Source: Malacoraja senta
Lineage: Eukaryota
Assembly (NCBI GenBank): GCA_038087875.1
Contig: CM075988.1
Coordinates: 25,794,001-25,858,000 of the forward strand
Length of the DNA: 64,000 nt
Direction: 5' to 3'
Shown: piece by piece, positions 63,741 to 64,000 of the stretch
Numbering within the stretch: position 1 is the first letter of the stretch
How the letters are laid out: each line of letters opens with the position of its first letter
Position numbers and translations under genes: made by a program
Notes under the pieces: generated by a model
Seen by the model: the letters and a program-made list of their open reading frames with translations, nothing else
Databases searched by the model: none
Told to the model about the DNA's origin: nothing

Positions 63741-64000
63741 CGGGCACAAATAGTTTCCCCTAATAGTCATAACCCCAAGGTCTCATTTGTTGGTAAAAGA
63801 TCTTGTAGGCTGTCAGTGACGCTGATGTGGGCTGTTGTATTTCTAGAAAACAGTCCGTATCGCGATTTGCCGTAACCCCAGGCTACACATGCATCAAGAA
63901 CCGTGGTGAAAAAATAAATATTGTATAGTTATTTACTTTGCACATAAATTTCATGAAAGCAAATTTTAATCAAATATTTGGGTAGTGATTAGTGAATTTT

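Noticed and set aside
46000..64000. TREH or another known mammalian neighbour downstream of PHLDB1
   Set aside because: I found no trehalase-like or other recognisable coding motifs on either strand.

Overview
Vertebrate genomic DNA, almost certainly from a cartilaginous fish (skate/ray-like, inferred from HE1-type SINEs and HER1/CR1 LINE tails). Positions 722-43876 (+) hold the 3' part of PHLDB1 (LL5-alpha). I traced 18 coding exons with consistent GT-AG phases, from the coiled-coil region through the C-terminal PH domain to the TGA at 43874-43876, with a likely poly(A) signal at 45892. The introns are dense in repeats: HE1 SINEs, CR1 and L2 fragments, one Vingi/Ingi-like fragment, Harbinger-like and hAT MITEs, and CA microsatellites. 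There is a 200-N gap at 31094-31293. Most ORFs in the supplied track are repeat-derived or spurious. Highlights: (1) an abundant palindromic repeat family carries minimal hammerhead-ribozyme cores (CUGAAGA-A-stem II-GAAAC-GUH) and 9-14 bp target-site duplications, consistent with Penelope-like/retrozyme elements; (2) a candidate spliced gene encoding a 54-aa microprotein (60682-62244, +), missed by the ORF track, with upstream CpG-rich promoter candidates; (3) two candidate in-frame PHLDB1 microexons (30 nt, and 27 nt inside the PH domain); (4) three cassette-like exons that each have a downstream QKI motif followed by an RBFOX motif; (5) a conserved exon whose polypyrimidine tract is LINE-derived. 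All calls were made by eye and from recalled protein sequences; repeat boundaries are approximate.
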